NCBI GenBank assembly: GCA_038087875.1
Contig: CM075978.1
Coordinates: 136,462,001-136,526,000, forward strand
Source of the DNA: Malacoraja senta
Taxonomy: Eukaryota
DNA: 64,000 bases
Direction: 5' to 3'
Made by a program: the position numbers and the translations under genes. The notes under the pieces are model-generated. The model worked only from the letters and a program-made list of their open reading frames with translations. It ran no database searches and was not told where the DNA came from. Below, piece after piece: positions 41,213-53,799 of the stretch (position 1 is its first letter; every line of letters starts with the position of its first letter).

Positions 41213-41478
41213 GCAGAGACCTTGTCCATTCCGATGGCTTTTTCACATCTTTGGCTACATTACAAATAGCAGCACAATATGCAGTAACAGTAGACTGCTT
41301 CTGGGAATCTGGAGATAATTCAGAGAACATCCGTTACACAGAAGAGTAGGACATAATCCTGGCACAAAACATGCAAGCAGGCAGCACAGACTCACAGGGA
41401 CAGACACATATACAACAAATCCCCAGTAGCCCTGTAAAACAAAAAAAAAGCCCGGAATGGAAAGAAAAGGGTACCTAC

Positions 41479-41534
41479 TCTTCGTTGTAGCGGAGAGAAA
41501 AAGATTCAGGGAGACAAAGTTCTACAAAATCCAT
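41479..41534 (-). CDS. ESRRG: ESRRG first coding exon of the long isoform (MDFVELCLPESFSLRYNEE, 56 nt, phase-2 end)
   Basis: Minus strand reads ATG GAT TTT GTA GAA CTT TGT CTC CCT GAA TCT TTT TCT CTC CGC TAC AAC GAA GA|GTAGGT. This closely resembles the human ERR-gamma N-terminus as recalled (MDSVELCLPESFSLHYEEE). It splices in frame to the exon starting at 19165 (GA+G = Glu). Confidence 0.93.
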
Positions 41535-41900
41535 GTGCGCTCAGCACCATTATTCGAGTCCACACTCCTGGCAATAAATCAAAGTTCCCTGACAGAGTGG
41601 CACAATTAACACAAATGTTCTCTGGTGACAGCCTATAGGCAAAGCCAGCTGGGACCAAGCTCGCACTCTCCTAATCAAGGTCTTAAAGTCCCGATTGTAG
41701 CTTATTAATATGAAGCAGGTCTTTACATATGCAATCCCCGACCTCACCAGTCTTCGCATTGGTGGGATTGTAGCCACTCAGAGCAAAGCACTGCAGACAG
41801 GACAATTCCTACACTGGCTAAGGGAAGCAATGCAGGTACAGTAGGCGGGAAATCAGTAAACTGGGAGGAGGGAGACAAAATTCCACAACCATATACGTTG
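41535..41900 (-). promoter_or_regulatory. ESRRG: 5' UTR (about 41535-41703) and proximal promoter of the ESRRG long isoform
   Basis: Directly upstream of the ATG at 41534 and repeat-free. The minus-strand leader AAGCTACAATCGGGACTTTAAGACCTTGATTAGGAGAG... resembles my recollection of the human ESRRG mRNA 5' end. The TSS position is inferred. Confidence 0.65.
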
Positions 41901-44900
41901 TACAGCATTTAAAGCACAATTTTTATTAGTCTTAAAGCACTGCGAAAAAAACACCTTAAAGGGATCTTGCTCATATACCGCTGCAAAAGTTTCTGTGAAA
42001 TTGACAGCTTGAGCTGACAAATAATTTTACAAGTTTCGATCATTATTTTGCCTCAGTTTCTCTATACCATTTTATATATTTTATCGCTGAAAGTACAACG
42101 GCAAATTCTTTTTAGCATTATATATTTTATAAAATGCAATGGCATTTTTATTCCTTTTTGAACTGAATGGTCTTTCCTATGAGAAGATTCATGTGACTCG
42201 GTTAAATATTTTAAAGTCAAACACTTTTTAGAAATGTATTAAACATAATATGACAGAGTAAAATCTAAATTTTAGGTCATTTTGAAGGGAAGGCTTGAGA
42301 TTTTTACTTCTGAAATTTAAGTTTGTATTGGATAATAGGTCTTACATTTTATTTCATTTTGCTGAAGTGTTGCACGCTGACAGCTTTTTTTTTAAATGCC
42401 ACTTGCAAATATAGCACGAAGCTGAGAGTTCAGGAATGACGATGAGAGAAAAACTCATCAGGGCGTTTCACGTCTTCATACCCAATTTGAAAACTCTGGA
42501 TGCTCCAGAAGTATGATGACAAATGCTTCCCTTGTGCAAGCACCGATATCTTTACTGTGTTGACATGAATTGCCTGCTACAGAGCAATACGACAATGTGG
42601 CCCGAAGCAATTGTGGAAAGGCTAACCGGCGTAGTCAAAGCCATTGCAGGAACTGTTCTGAAATACAGCTCCTCCAATCATGGTCTCCTTCAAATAAAGT
42701 GAGCTCCAACAGCTGGCTGTCCCTCTGCATTCCGTTAACCCAATGTAAACCCTTTTTAGTGTCCAAAAACAAGGCTGTCTCAGAATTGCTTCTGATGTTA
42801 AATTAACCATTCAGCAGGCACAGTGTTGCTGGCAGTTGCTTTCCTGAAAGGGTTTCCTAAAGGTCTGGTAATCAGTCAGGACAAGTTAAAAATATTTAAC
42901 AACAACAAAAATTCCGCCGAATTATCGTATGGCTGACGACCAGCTTCAAGTACATTTGTGAATTTCATCAATTTCTAATTGCATTGTCTCTAATCTTAAT
43001 TTAAAAAATGTCTGTGTATATTTATTATTCAATCAAAGACTGCTGGTGGGGTCGACTAAACTAATACCTACGATTAACAAACAATAATTCAGAAATTAAA
43101 CGTCATTGTTTTGAGGTTCCATACTTCCTTATTTTATAATTTAAATTCAACTTATCCAATTACTAAATTAAATGTAGTAAATTAATATTATTGTATTTCA
43201 CCTCGCACACACAACCCCCCACACACACAAAAATGGCACACATTAAATCTATATTATTAGGAGATCTTAGCATTTAATAATCAGTATAAGCATAGTCCTT
43301 TCCACAGTTCAGAAACACATTCTTCCTCAACCACATTATGCTTCTTTAAATAAAATGCCACATGACTGCATCCAGCCCCTTTGACTTTCAAATCACCCAA
43401 GAGAACATTTTAAATAGAAACATTATCTTCTTCAGACCCTTCCCTTTAAAGAGCCGTTACACAGTTAAGGACAAGTTTTATTTAATCCTTTTTGGCTACA
43501 AACAGGAGGAACAACAGTGCACCTAGCTCCATCAATCGCACATGACCGCCCCATGATATCGTTTTATTTTGTACTGACAGTACACACCTCAATCCATTTT
43601 GTCTATGATTTGTTGCTTAGAAGAAATGTTATCATGTGCAATGGCCTTGATCATATGGTATTGACCAGCCCGACCCATTTCACATTTATTTGTGTCGAAT
43701 CCTGATTTTCGGTGGGGTTGAATCAACTAACCACAACAGGTACAAACAGAACCTGCAAAAATCTGCCTCATCTTAGACTCAACCGCTTTGCACTTGCCAG
43801 CATCAGAATTCCGCATCCTTTCTGAACACAAACTTTACATTAACCCAATGTTTGGCAATAAGCATGGATGAAAGCGCTCGCAACGTGCTGTGTATTTGTA
43901 TACAGAATGCTTCACAAAGCCTGTGCACACAAAACATCGATCAACAGAGCTACAATGAAAGTAGCCCACTGACCACAGCAATGTCTTTTGCGCTCAGAAC
44001 AACTCCTTTAAGGGAATGGGGAGGTGGTGGCGGGGAGGTGGTCACAATGCATTTTAACACAATGCCACAGAAACAGTGCAATTTACCACATAAAACAATG
44101 CAGCATTTCACAACTTTCCAAACCAGGGATCCAGACACCTTTACAAGATCTCTAAACACAAGATTTCAGAAATCTGTTGGCATTTCCATGCATTTTTATT
44201 TTTCCAAATGTTATCAGCGTGGTATGATATCAGTATCATTATTACACCCAAGCGTCCAGAATACTCGTTTATACTGTGAAGTGGATTGCAAATTCTACAA
44301 ATATGATATTTCTCTGGTGTTCATAGGTTATTAATTTCTAAATTTATTCAGATTAATTTTGATTGTTCCATTAATGGCAAAGTCATCATAACAGGTAATG
44401 TACTGAATGTTCCTTGACAAAATTAACTTCGCTTCTTTGCTCCTGTGCCGTACTGATGCGTAAATTCAAAAACCTAACACGGAGCAAAGCATTAACTAGA
44501 TACAATAATCGCTCAAATAAAACAAAATTTCATTCCAATGGATGTAAATACAATGCTTTGTCTTGTAAATCTCCTGCAGTCATTCTTGCTGTGGATTAGA
44601 ATAGACGCAGAACTATTCATAGGTGCTCATGTTTCTCTGCAACATTAATGCAAAGTATTCAGTGCGATGCAATGCAATTCTGAAAAATATTTTAACTTGG
44701 TGATATACTGTAGATCATTGCAACCAAGCAAGAAAAATATTAAAGGCCAAGTAAATTTACATTTTGAAGAGCATTTACTAACTGTTTTTACTGTTGCAAG
44801 ATCAAAGGCATTTAGGCTTGAGAAACAATCTAAACACACCTTATGTTAAGACTGATATACATGTACAAAGATTTAGATCACCTCCACCCATTGCACGTGT

Positions 44901-45317
44901 GAACATTACCCGACCATTGAAAAAATACGGAGGTATTTCAAATGTCAAATTATGTATTTTAAACATTTTGTTCCTTACATTTTATCCTCGTGCAGTAAAT
45001 TATTGGAAGAAAAATATTATGTTGGGTACTCTCTTGATGTCATTTCATCAGGATTTTGAAGCATTTTGGAAAGTTATCAATGCACAAAAAAAAAACTTGA
45101 TATCTAAAATTGTGCTTTTGAAAAGTATTTTCAACTTGTTTTGTAACCAGTAGATTTGTGGAATGTTTCTGTTGATGACAGAGAGTTCTCGAAAGAGTCT
45201 GCAGATGGATGTCGGTAATGTCGGCAAATGTGTATTCATATCTTAGTCCCATGTTCCCCTCCCCTTTGCATCTCTGTCTTACTGCTCTATTTTGTTTTGT
45301 TTATTCTTGACTCTCAA

Positions 45318-45380
45318 TGTAAAGCGACTTTGAGTCCTGAAAAGCGCTATATAAATAAAATGTATTATTATTATTATTAT
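45318..45380 (+). mobile_element. L2-type LINE/SINE 3' end with (TAT)n tail
   Basis: TGTAAAGCGACTTTGAGTCCTGAAAAGCGCTATATAAATAAAATG(TAT)6 resembles the L2 3' stem-loop end. Confidence 0.65.
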
Positions 45381-45688
45381 ATCCATTTTACTCGCAATGC
45401 CAGAGTTGTCATCAGAAATTTTGATCTACACCTTGTAATCTCTGTAGCTATTAAACAGGTGACTAAGTAAGCCATACATCTTTTTAATAATCACCAATAA
45501 TTAGGTCTCATGTGATGCTCTGAAATATTTTGTATCTCATTGATGAAAAGTAATAGGAACTATTTGGTCAAAGGCATTATGAGCACTATTGTTTTTTTTA
45601 TTTCAGGGAAAAAACAGCAGCAGGCATTCCAGGAACGTTGTGCTAGGAAACATCGTGGGGAATTTTAAAACTGGTCGTTAAAATGTCC

Positions 45689-45720
45689 TGCCGTTCCATT
45701 TCTGACAATAGAGGGCAGTA
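45689..45720 (+). promoter_or_regulatory. Candidate CTCF site with upstream (U) module
   Basis: Core ACAATAGAGGGCAGTA (45705-45720) is preceded by TGCCGTTCC (45689-45697) at roughly the usual U-motif spacing. Matched by eye. Confidence 0.5.
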
Positions 45721-47014
45721 GTGACTCTAAGCTTCTTTCCAGGGCACAATGAATTTACACAATGTTTCATGCCGCAACCAAGGCTCTGCCAACATGCACT
45801 TGTATTTAGAAAGTGGAGAGAATTAAAGGAAGCCCACTAGCATCAAATACTCAGCCTACCCTCAGAAGACACATTGCTGCCCAACTGTTATGAGCAACTG
45901 ATAAAATAATCTCCATGTGCATCAGGCAATGCAATTGTCACATAGCAAAAAAAAAGGTGACAGGTCTCAGGCACCCTACCATTTTGATATGTTAATAGCT
46001 CTTTGTGGACTGTGGGTGGTCTGCTTTTGATGCTATTAACAACTTCAACACTAAATCAAGTGACGGGTATGTTCAGGGGAATAGATTCAAAAACCTTCAC
46101 CCCATTTAAACCCTATGATAATACTAAAATAATAGGAAAAACAATCTACATATATTTAAGGTAAAAGTAATGTGCAACTTTCTTAATTTGACTCTATAGA
46201 GATATCCCCACAAATCATGATGATTTGATAAACCAGCACTATGGCACTGGAACTATAGAAGGCAGCAAAGGGATTTCAGAAATCGACTTGCTATTATTCT
46301 GTCTTGCATACCATGTTAATTTAATTTTAGGATTTTCATAAAAAAGTGATTTCTCAAACTGACCATGGAGTATTTGCAGGGTTAATGCAGTGCAATCCTC
46401 ACACTGCATTTGTATGCACTATATCAGTACACTATACATCACCTTTATAGATGCATCATTTAGCTTCTTTAAACTGGCAAAGTGAATTGTGGTTTCCCAT
46501 TTCATATCAGCTAATCATGAGACATAACTCTTTAACCACTACAATACATTTAATTCCGCACTCCATACGCGCTCCAAATAATGCATAGCATGCGAGTAAT
46601 TAAAAAAGTCAATTAATTAGGAATCAAGCAGAGTCCCAGCACCTTCTCTCCCAGGCCACATTTCACAGATCATTTTATTTGCGTGTCCCTGATCTAAACG
46701 TCTGTTGCAGTTGAAGATTTTGAAAGAGATGTTACTTCTGACACGTTATAGAAACATGTTTAAGATGGAAAGTGCAAGATTTCATTTACAGAGGGTAACC
46801 AAATCTTTCCGCTTCCTGTAATTTCCTTTGCTGCATTTCCATGAAATACTAAGAGTGCAAACTAAAAGTTTCTGTACCGTACTTCACCATCTGGATCTAG
46901 TTTTTTTAAATTCACGTTTACAAAATAACCTCACTCATAAGTAATATATAATTCAAATAAAATATGGAAATATACAAAGTTGTAAGCTTAAGTCAGAGGC
47001 ACTTTTTAAAATAT

Positions 47015-47214
47015 GTAGTAGGAAGGAACTGCAGATGCTGGTTTACACCGAAGATAGATACAAAATGCTCGAGTAACTCAGTGGGTCAGGCAGTATCTCT
47101 GGAGAAAATGAATAGGTGACGTTTCAGGTCGAGTCCCTTCTTCGGACTCGGGTCTCGACCAAAACATCACCAGAGCTGCTGAGCTGCCTGACCTGCTGGG
47201 TTACTCCAGCATTT
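47015..47214. mobile_element. Fold-back copy of the hammerhead-motif element
   Basis: Minus-strand unit 47015-47148 (core CCGAAGAAGGGACTCGACCTGAAACGTC) is joined to a plus-strand unit GGGTCTCGACCAAAACATCACC...TTACTCCAGCATTTT. Confidence 0.8.
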
Positions 47215-47828
47215 TCCTTTTAATATCTTTGTGATTATCTTCAGGGAGGTAGTGTTGGATTTGCCCCAGACCCCACCCAATGTTCTCAACCTTCTCATGT
47301 CTGAGCGGGCAACAAAACCATCATGATGATATTCTCCCCTTAATTACTGTACAAGTTGTAAACTCATTGTGATCCCCAATCCCACAGAAACCTATGTTTA
47401 CACTGTCCTCTACCCTGTTTACTGCCACACAACAGTCACAACCTATTTAAAGCTCACGAGACTGGATTTAAAATTATGAAGTTCTTTCTCAAATAGAGCA
47501 TAGATCAGATTTAACCGAATGGATAAAATCAGTTCAGACATTATTATCTCTTGGGACCAGAGGATAAAAATTACTGTAATGTTCAATTTAATTAAACTAA
47601 ATTTAAAAGATTTTATTAGTTGTACATATGTATATTTTGTTATTTTCTGGGAAGAGAAGCAATGGACAATCCTCAAATAATAATTCAATAGCAGATTAAA
47701 ACATACATCGGACACAATAACTGGTATTTCTATGGCATTTTGCATGTAAATACAACAATTTAAAAACTGTACTGTGCCCATGATAGGCAAATGGAATACA
47801 CCTTCTGCCCAACTCACTTAAACAACTG

Positions 47829-47988
47829 AAGAATATTTTGGGTCAGGACCAGTCCGCAAAAGGATCCTGAACCAAAACGTCACCTATCCATTTTCTCCAG
47901 GGATGCTGCCTGACCCGCTGAGTCACGCAGCATTTTAGGTCTAACTTCACCTTCGATTTTTCCAGCATCTACAGTTCTTTCTTAAACA
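47829..47988 (+). mobile_element. Hammerhead-motif element with 15-bp TSD
   Basis: Family body ends CTTAAACA. TCACTTAAACAACTG at 47814-47828 and 47989-48003. Confidence 0.82.
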
Positions 47989-48298
47989 TCACTTAAACAA
48001 CTGGTCAGTCACTAAGTACCCAGCTGAGTTGAAGAAAGCAGATAACACAGCAGTTAAGCTAATGACTGTAGTTATCAGAGCCGAAGAAGTTGAGATAGAA
48101 AGTGAGGGAAAAGTAATGTAAATCAGGTCAATTCAGCAGACTTGAAGTTAGTTTAGAACTAGAAATGTTGCACATTCAAGAAGTCTGCTCTACCATTCTC
48201 CAAACCCCTGCATGTAGTGTGGTGATGCTGGCAGGAGGGCTTGCCAGATCCACATTATCTAAATGTGGCCTGAATGTGGATGTACGGGGGCACTCTGT

Positions 48299-48401
48299 AA
48301 ACACACACACGCACTCACACATAGACACACACACACATACAGACAGACAGACAGACAGACCATCCGATACACACACACAGACACAGACACAGACACACAC
48401 A
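48299..48401. repeat. Compound (CA)n/(GACA)n microsatellite
   Basis: Directly visible. Confidence 0.95.
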
Positions 48402-49821
48402 AATCATGATGCATTACAGTACAGCACTTGCAAATAAATGTGGTCTACTGAGATATGGTCCTTCTAATCCTTATCTAAATTGCAATTAACACTTCACAGC
48501 TACAGATATCTCCACAAAACCCAAGCTGTGTTCTGTTATATTGTTGTTATTGGACGAAAATCAAATCAATCTTCAAATAGGATTGGAATGAAAAAGGCTG
48601 ATCTCTAATTGCAAGAACAGATAACAATTTCATACTTTTTGCCCAAGTACAGCTATCAGGCTACAGGAGGAGCAAAAAAAAAGAAATTAGCCAGGAAACA
48701 TTGCCGCTGTATAGCATTTCATGATATTCCTCATCATATGCAAGATAACACAGGGCAAATATTTGAAAAAATAAACAAAGAGCCATAACGCTGAAAGAAA
48801 CAGAGCATTGTGTTTTGTGTGTATGTCTGCTTTCTTCAAATAATTTGTCACTCTAGATAGTCACAAAATGAAGTCACGAGGGCTTCATAAAAGAGTGTTT
48901 ATGAATTTCTTATCAAAATCTCTTGTGGCGCCATCCCAATTATCAGGTAAGAACAATCATATTAGAAAACACATTGGCTGTTTAATGTAATTTGCAATTG
49001 TTAAAAAAACAAATAGACGTACAGTAATTCTATTGCAATTAATCTCCAATCTAAACATGGCAGCACATAGAGGGAGAATAAAATACAGTCTGTGTTAACT
49101 GATGCAGGCCTCTTAATCTACCATTACTGAATGCGCTTATCATCTCTGCTACACTTAGCTAAGTTATTTCTTTGTCCAAACATTAAGGGGAAAAAAAATC
49201 AATTCAGCTCAGGTTTTCCCACATCTTCATATCACTTCTCATCTGAACTCTATGGAGGTAGAATTTCAATTACCTTGGAGAACTCCCAGCGAGCCTGGAT
49301 GAACACGGTCCTCCTGGTCACAGCCAGTAATTGTAGAGGGGTCTGCATCTTACATTTGATGATATGGCTTACAAAAATAGATATTCTTCGTTACTTGATA
49401 ACAGTATAGGCCTTCATAGGAACATTGCCACTATTTCTCTGCTCCATCAGGCAGCACATAAACAACTAATTCTGTTACTTTGTAAACGTAATAATTAACA
49501 TATATACAATGTGAAAAAAAAATACTGACTTTAATTGTAGCGGCAAAAAGGTTCCCTGGGGAGGATAAATGAACTTTGAATATTCACTATTTGGTTGAAA
49601 AAATAATTAGCTTGGTATCTCATTCTCCCCTGTCCCAATGAGATCGTTATTTAAAAAAAAAACATTTTCCTTCATTACAAAATATGAAAATGATACTGAA
49701 TTCATTTAGAAACAATCTCCAAATCTTTCGTTACGGTAATGTTCAGCACATTTGTTGCATGGAACAAGCAACAACAGCAAATACAAAATACAACTTACAA
49801 TATATGTAAGTGCATTTTGTT

Positions 49822-50136
49822 GACACAAGAGACGGCAGATGCGGGAATCCTGAGCGCAAAACAAAATGCTGGAGGAACAGAGTGTGTCACGCAGTATCTA
49901 TGGAGGGAAATGGACAGGTGACATTTCAGGCCAGGACCCTACCCCATGCTGAAACCCCACCTGTCCATTTCCCTCCACAGATGTTGCCTAACCAGTTGAG
50001 TTCCTAATCCTCCTATTCCTTCGCTCCATAGATGCTGCCTCACCCGCTGAGTTTCTCCAGCATTTTTATCTACCTTCGATTTTTCCAGCATCTGCAGTTC
50101 CTTCTTAAACAGTTGAGTTCCTCTAGTGTTTTGCTT
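49822..50136. mobile_element. Older fold-back copy with a younger family member (50006-50109) nested inside
   Basis: Arms GGAGGGAAATGGACAGGTG / CACCTGTCCATTTCCCTCC. The insert is flanked by CAGTTGAGTTCCT at 49993-50005 and 50110-50122. Confidence 0.82.
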
Positions 50137-52487
50137 ATTGCTTTTGGTGCACATTGTTATTCTTTTACTGATTATAGCCACTTTGTGAAGAGTTCAGCTT
50201 AAGGGTAAAACAAGACTGAAAGGAGATTCTGGATATGGATTTACCTCCATCCCTCCAGCAAATTACAACAAATACAAATCCACTCGTTACTGCAAAGCAA
50301 CACCACAATGCCATAGAAGCATATCGCCTACATTTCCTTGTGAAATCATACTTTTTCCACAACAGGTTTACTATCGATTCAATTTTCAGAGTACCAGTCT
50401 TCCAAACAAAAAGTCTATGTAGCTCCATAAATTAAGGAAGAGCAGTGTCCAATTTCCTGGGTGAATCTGCAGCACCATTGACCCATATCCTCCAATGCTT
50501 GTGCATCAATGAAACCTACAATGACATCAGATTTGTGTCCATTCTATTTGTGTTTGCAACACGATACCAAAGCACCAAAAGTTATCCTTTAAGTATTGCT
50601 TTATTTTCCACTTATTTATAACATTGTGCAAAATGTCTGATGGTATTCACCACTTTATAACAAGGAACTTTACAATGTTATACTTTAATATCAGGAGATA
50701 ATTAGCATGCACCATTGTTCTTGAGAAATGCAAGGGCCAAGTCTGCTGCAAAGACCATGTTGCTGTTAATATATTGGATGGGAAATTGCAATATACATAA
50801 CAAATGAGATAAGATGTTCCAAATCAATCTAGGGTTTTAGTTACAGTGATTTCATACAAAAGCAGCATACTGCCATCCACTGGGATTAAGTGTCTCCTCT
50901 TCACTGTTAAATACTTTAGGCTGAAATCTATGATGGTGCACATTTTTGTGCTATTTTAACTTGAAAATCAGAAATTACAGAAATAAACTGAAAACCAATT
51001 CTTATCCTACTATTATGCTTCTTAATCCGATTAGTATATAATTTCCAAATGTCAACCCATTTTCAAAAGACAGTATTTTGAGACGACTTATTCTTTTTTT
51101 CATTATGGCTGGGCTCATCAAATGTCAAAATACACTAGTTGTGACTTAAAACCTCAATGCACACAAACAAGCTAAACAGTTTTCTGCTTCTAGTTGACAG
51201 TAGGTGTGAACTGTCCTATCATTAGCGCCATGAATATATTAGCAAGTGAATAGGCCTGACCCTGAAGTTAATCCTTTAATCCTTTCGCATCTGTTTGGCA
51301 ACATTTCTGCAATCTTTTCTGACAACTTATTTTTTACATTGTTAAGAATCAACTGGTCTTACTTTGTTATATATTCAGTGTGTTCTATAAACTTAATTTA
51401 ACGTCATGTCCCATCCAACACATTATTATAAAATGTATGCTGCACAATAGTCACAATACCTATTATGAAACCACATCTGGCACGGTTTAAATACTAACTA
51501 GACACACTAAGAGATGCTCAAGATGAAATGTCCAAATGCAATAGCAGTAATGGGTTAATTACTATAACTCTTCGCCACCTTTCCCCAATGAAGGGTAGCT
51601 TTATCCTGCCAGTTTGAAACTGCCAGATTTATGGATGCACTTTAAAATGATTTATTCATCCTATGTTGCACTTTCAGTCTCAAAATATATTTATAATTCA
51701 AATTGAAAATACATGTACTCTACAATAAACAATATCACAATACAGTTACTCGCCAATAAAATTTCTATTTACCAAATCTAAAGAGAAAAAGAGAAAGTAC
51801 TAAAGAATACAAAATATGTATTCCAAAATTGGAAGAATCCCTGGGTTTTAAACTGAATTCTACACTGCACTCTGGAAGTGGCTTTCAAGGTTCTTAGAAA
51901 GAAATGTCGTAATTTAAATGATCTTTGCTTAAAAAATAAATGAATGAGAAACATTCTATGTCGCACTGTCATTAATATTTTTTACACGATAACATATGAA
52001 GTGTTTGAATGCTGTTATGGCAAATTATGCTTTCGAAACATATTACAACAAATGCAAATAAGTTGATAAATAAATCCGACAGTTGATTAACTTTCTCACA
52101 GGATTTTGCTCGCAAAATTTGACATAAATACAGCAATCATTTCAGAGTTTTGAAAAGTATCACCATCTGACACGAGCACAGATAAATAGCACTCACAAGG
52201 AGGATTAGACTTGGGACGCAAGAGAAATAAAATGGCCACAACAAAGATTTAGTGCTAAGGAAGAGGCAGAGATGCATAAAAATATGCCATCGTTGATCAC
52301 AAAGTGGTTGAGGAACATCAATAGTTAGGAGGAGATGGATTGAAAGCCATTTTATATTTACTGTTTAATTTTTTTACACACTGAATATATGTGTGGAAGC
52401 TCATTTAGACTCAATCTGTCTTTTTTTAATTTTGCACATGTCCTCATGTTGAATCCTGAGATCTGCTAAACCAAAGGTGGGTGGGAG

Positions 52488-52803
52488 TTTCCTCTGGTGG
52501 GAGAGTCTAGGACCAGAGGCCATAGCCTTAGAATTAAAGGGCGCTCTTTTAGAAAGGACGTGAGGAGGAACTTTTTTAGTCAGAGGGTAGTTAATCTGTG
52601 GAACTCATTGCCACGGAGGGCTGTGGAAGCCAAATCAGTGGATATTTTTAAGGCAGAGATAAACAAATTCTTGATTGGAACGGGTGTCAAGGGTTATGGG
52701 GAGAAGGTAGCAAAATGGGATTAGGAGGCAGAGATCAGCCATGATTGACTGACTCGATGGGCCGAATGGCCTAATTCTACTCATATAACTTGTGAACTTG
52801 TGA
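52488..52803 (+). mobile_element. CR1-clade LINE 3' end with open ORF2 C-terminus
   Basis: ORF 52497..52724 (SRTRGHSLRI...FFSQRVVNLWNSLP) is the typical CR1 ORF2 tail. AACTTGTG repeat tail. Confidence 0.92.
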
Positions 52804-53799
52804 AAGCAAAAATGCTTTCACGTTTAGAAGAAAGTATATATTAAAAATATAGTTTTGATATTTCACTTATTATATATGGCTATAACAGTGGTGAATTTGT
52901 GATCAATGGTTGGAGGCAGAATATGTTTTTCACTCAGATGGAAGTCGGTAAAGAGATATGCAGAATGTGAAATTGGGTGGGTGTGGACAAGACAACATAT
53001 AACACCCATTAATGGAAGGAAGGAATACAGAAGAAAATACAATAGTTTCCGACTTGGATCACCTTGTATATATTTATTGAAGAAATCAATTAACCTTTTC
53101 AACTTCTTTGGATGTATTAAATGACAATCTTTTCACAGTTGTAATGTGAGGCGGAAAGAAGGAAAGCAGAAAAGAAAGTTTTATTAAGTCACCTGGTACA
53201 AAATAAAAATCAATTTTTAGGTAGCTTTAATGTAGTCACTGACATTTTAAGTGGTTTCAAATGGCAGCTTACTTCATTCTGATACAACTGCATGTTTTTT
53301 TTCCTATGGCCTTGTACTCATTACTATATGTACAAGGCCATTACTATATGTTCAAAGGCCCCACTTGTCTGACAATACAAATCTATGTAAGGTGGCAACA
53401 GCCAATAATAGAGTTGACCAATTCTCCACTGTGCTTACATTCCTGAAGTAAGAAAATCTAAATTATGTGTGAAATTAGATATGAAGATAATAGAGTGCAG
53501 ATTTTAACTTTCAACACAAAATAGAACCGTTGTAACTTTGAACATCTAAAAATCTGTTTTGAGGAATTTTACTATACACTGCATACAAATGCACAGAATA
53601 CAGATATAACTCTCCCAAGGATATGCTGGAGTCTATAAATATAGAACACTCATTTATGGATCAATGCTATTGATGGTGATGCAACTTCACATTGATTACT
53701 TAAAATGTACAGCACAGAAAAACACTCTGCCCCACTGGTTCATTGCCCCATTCCCATCCTTCCTCACCTACCTCTATCACAGTTTCAAAATAAAAGAGA

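Noticed and set aside
41550-41777. 75-aa minus-strand ORF in frame with ESRRG exon 1
   Set aside because: It starts at GTG, its only ATG (41759) is upstream of the inferred TSS, and TAA plus TGA separate it from the main ATG. It is not an N-terminal extension.
43852-45153. 160-aa and 119-aa plus-strand ORFs upstream of the promoter
   Set aside because: No recognisable domain or splice structure, and the 160-aa frame has a non-ATG start. Consistent with chance ORFs.
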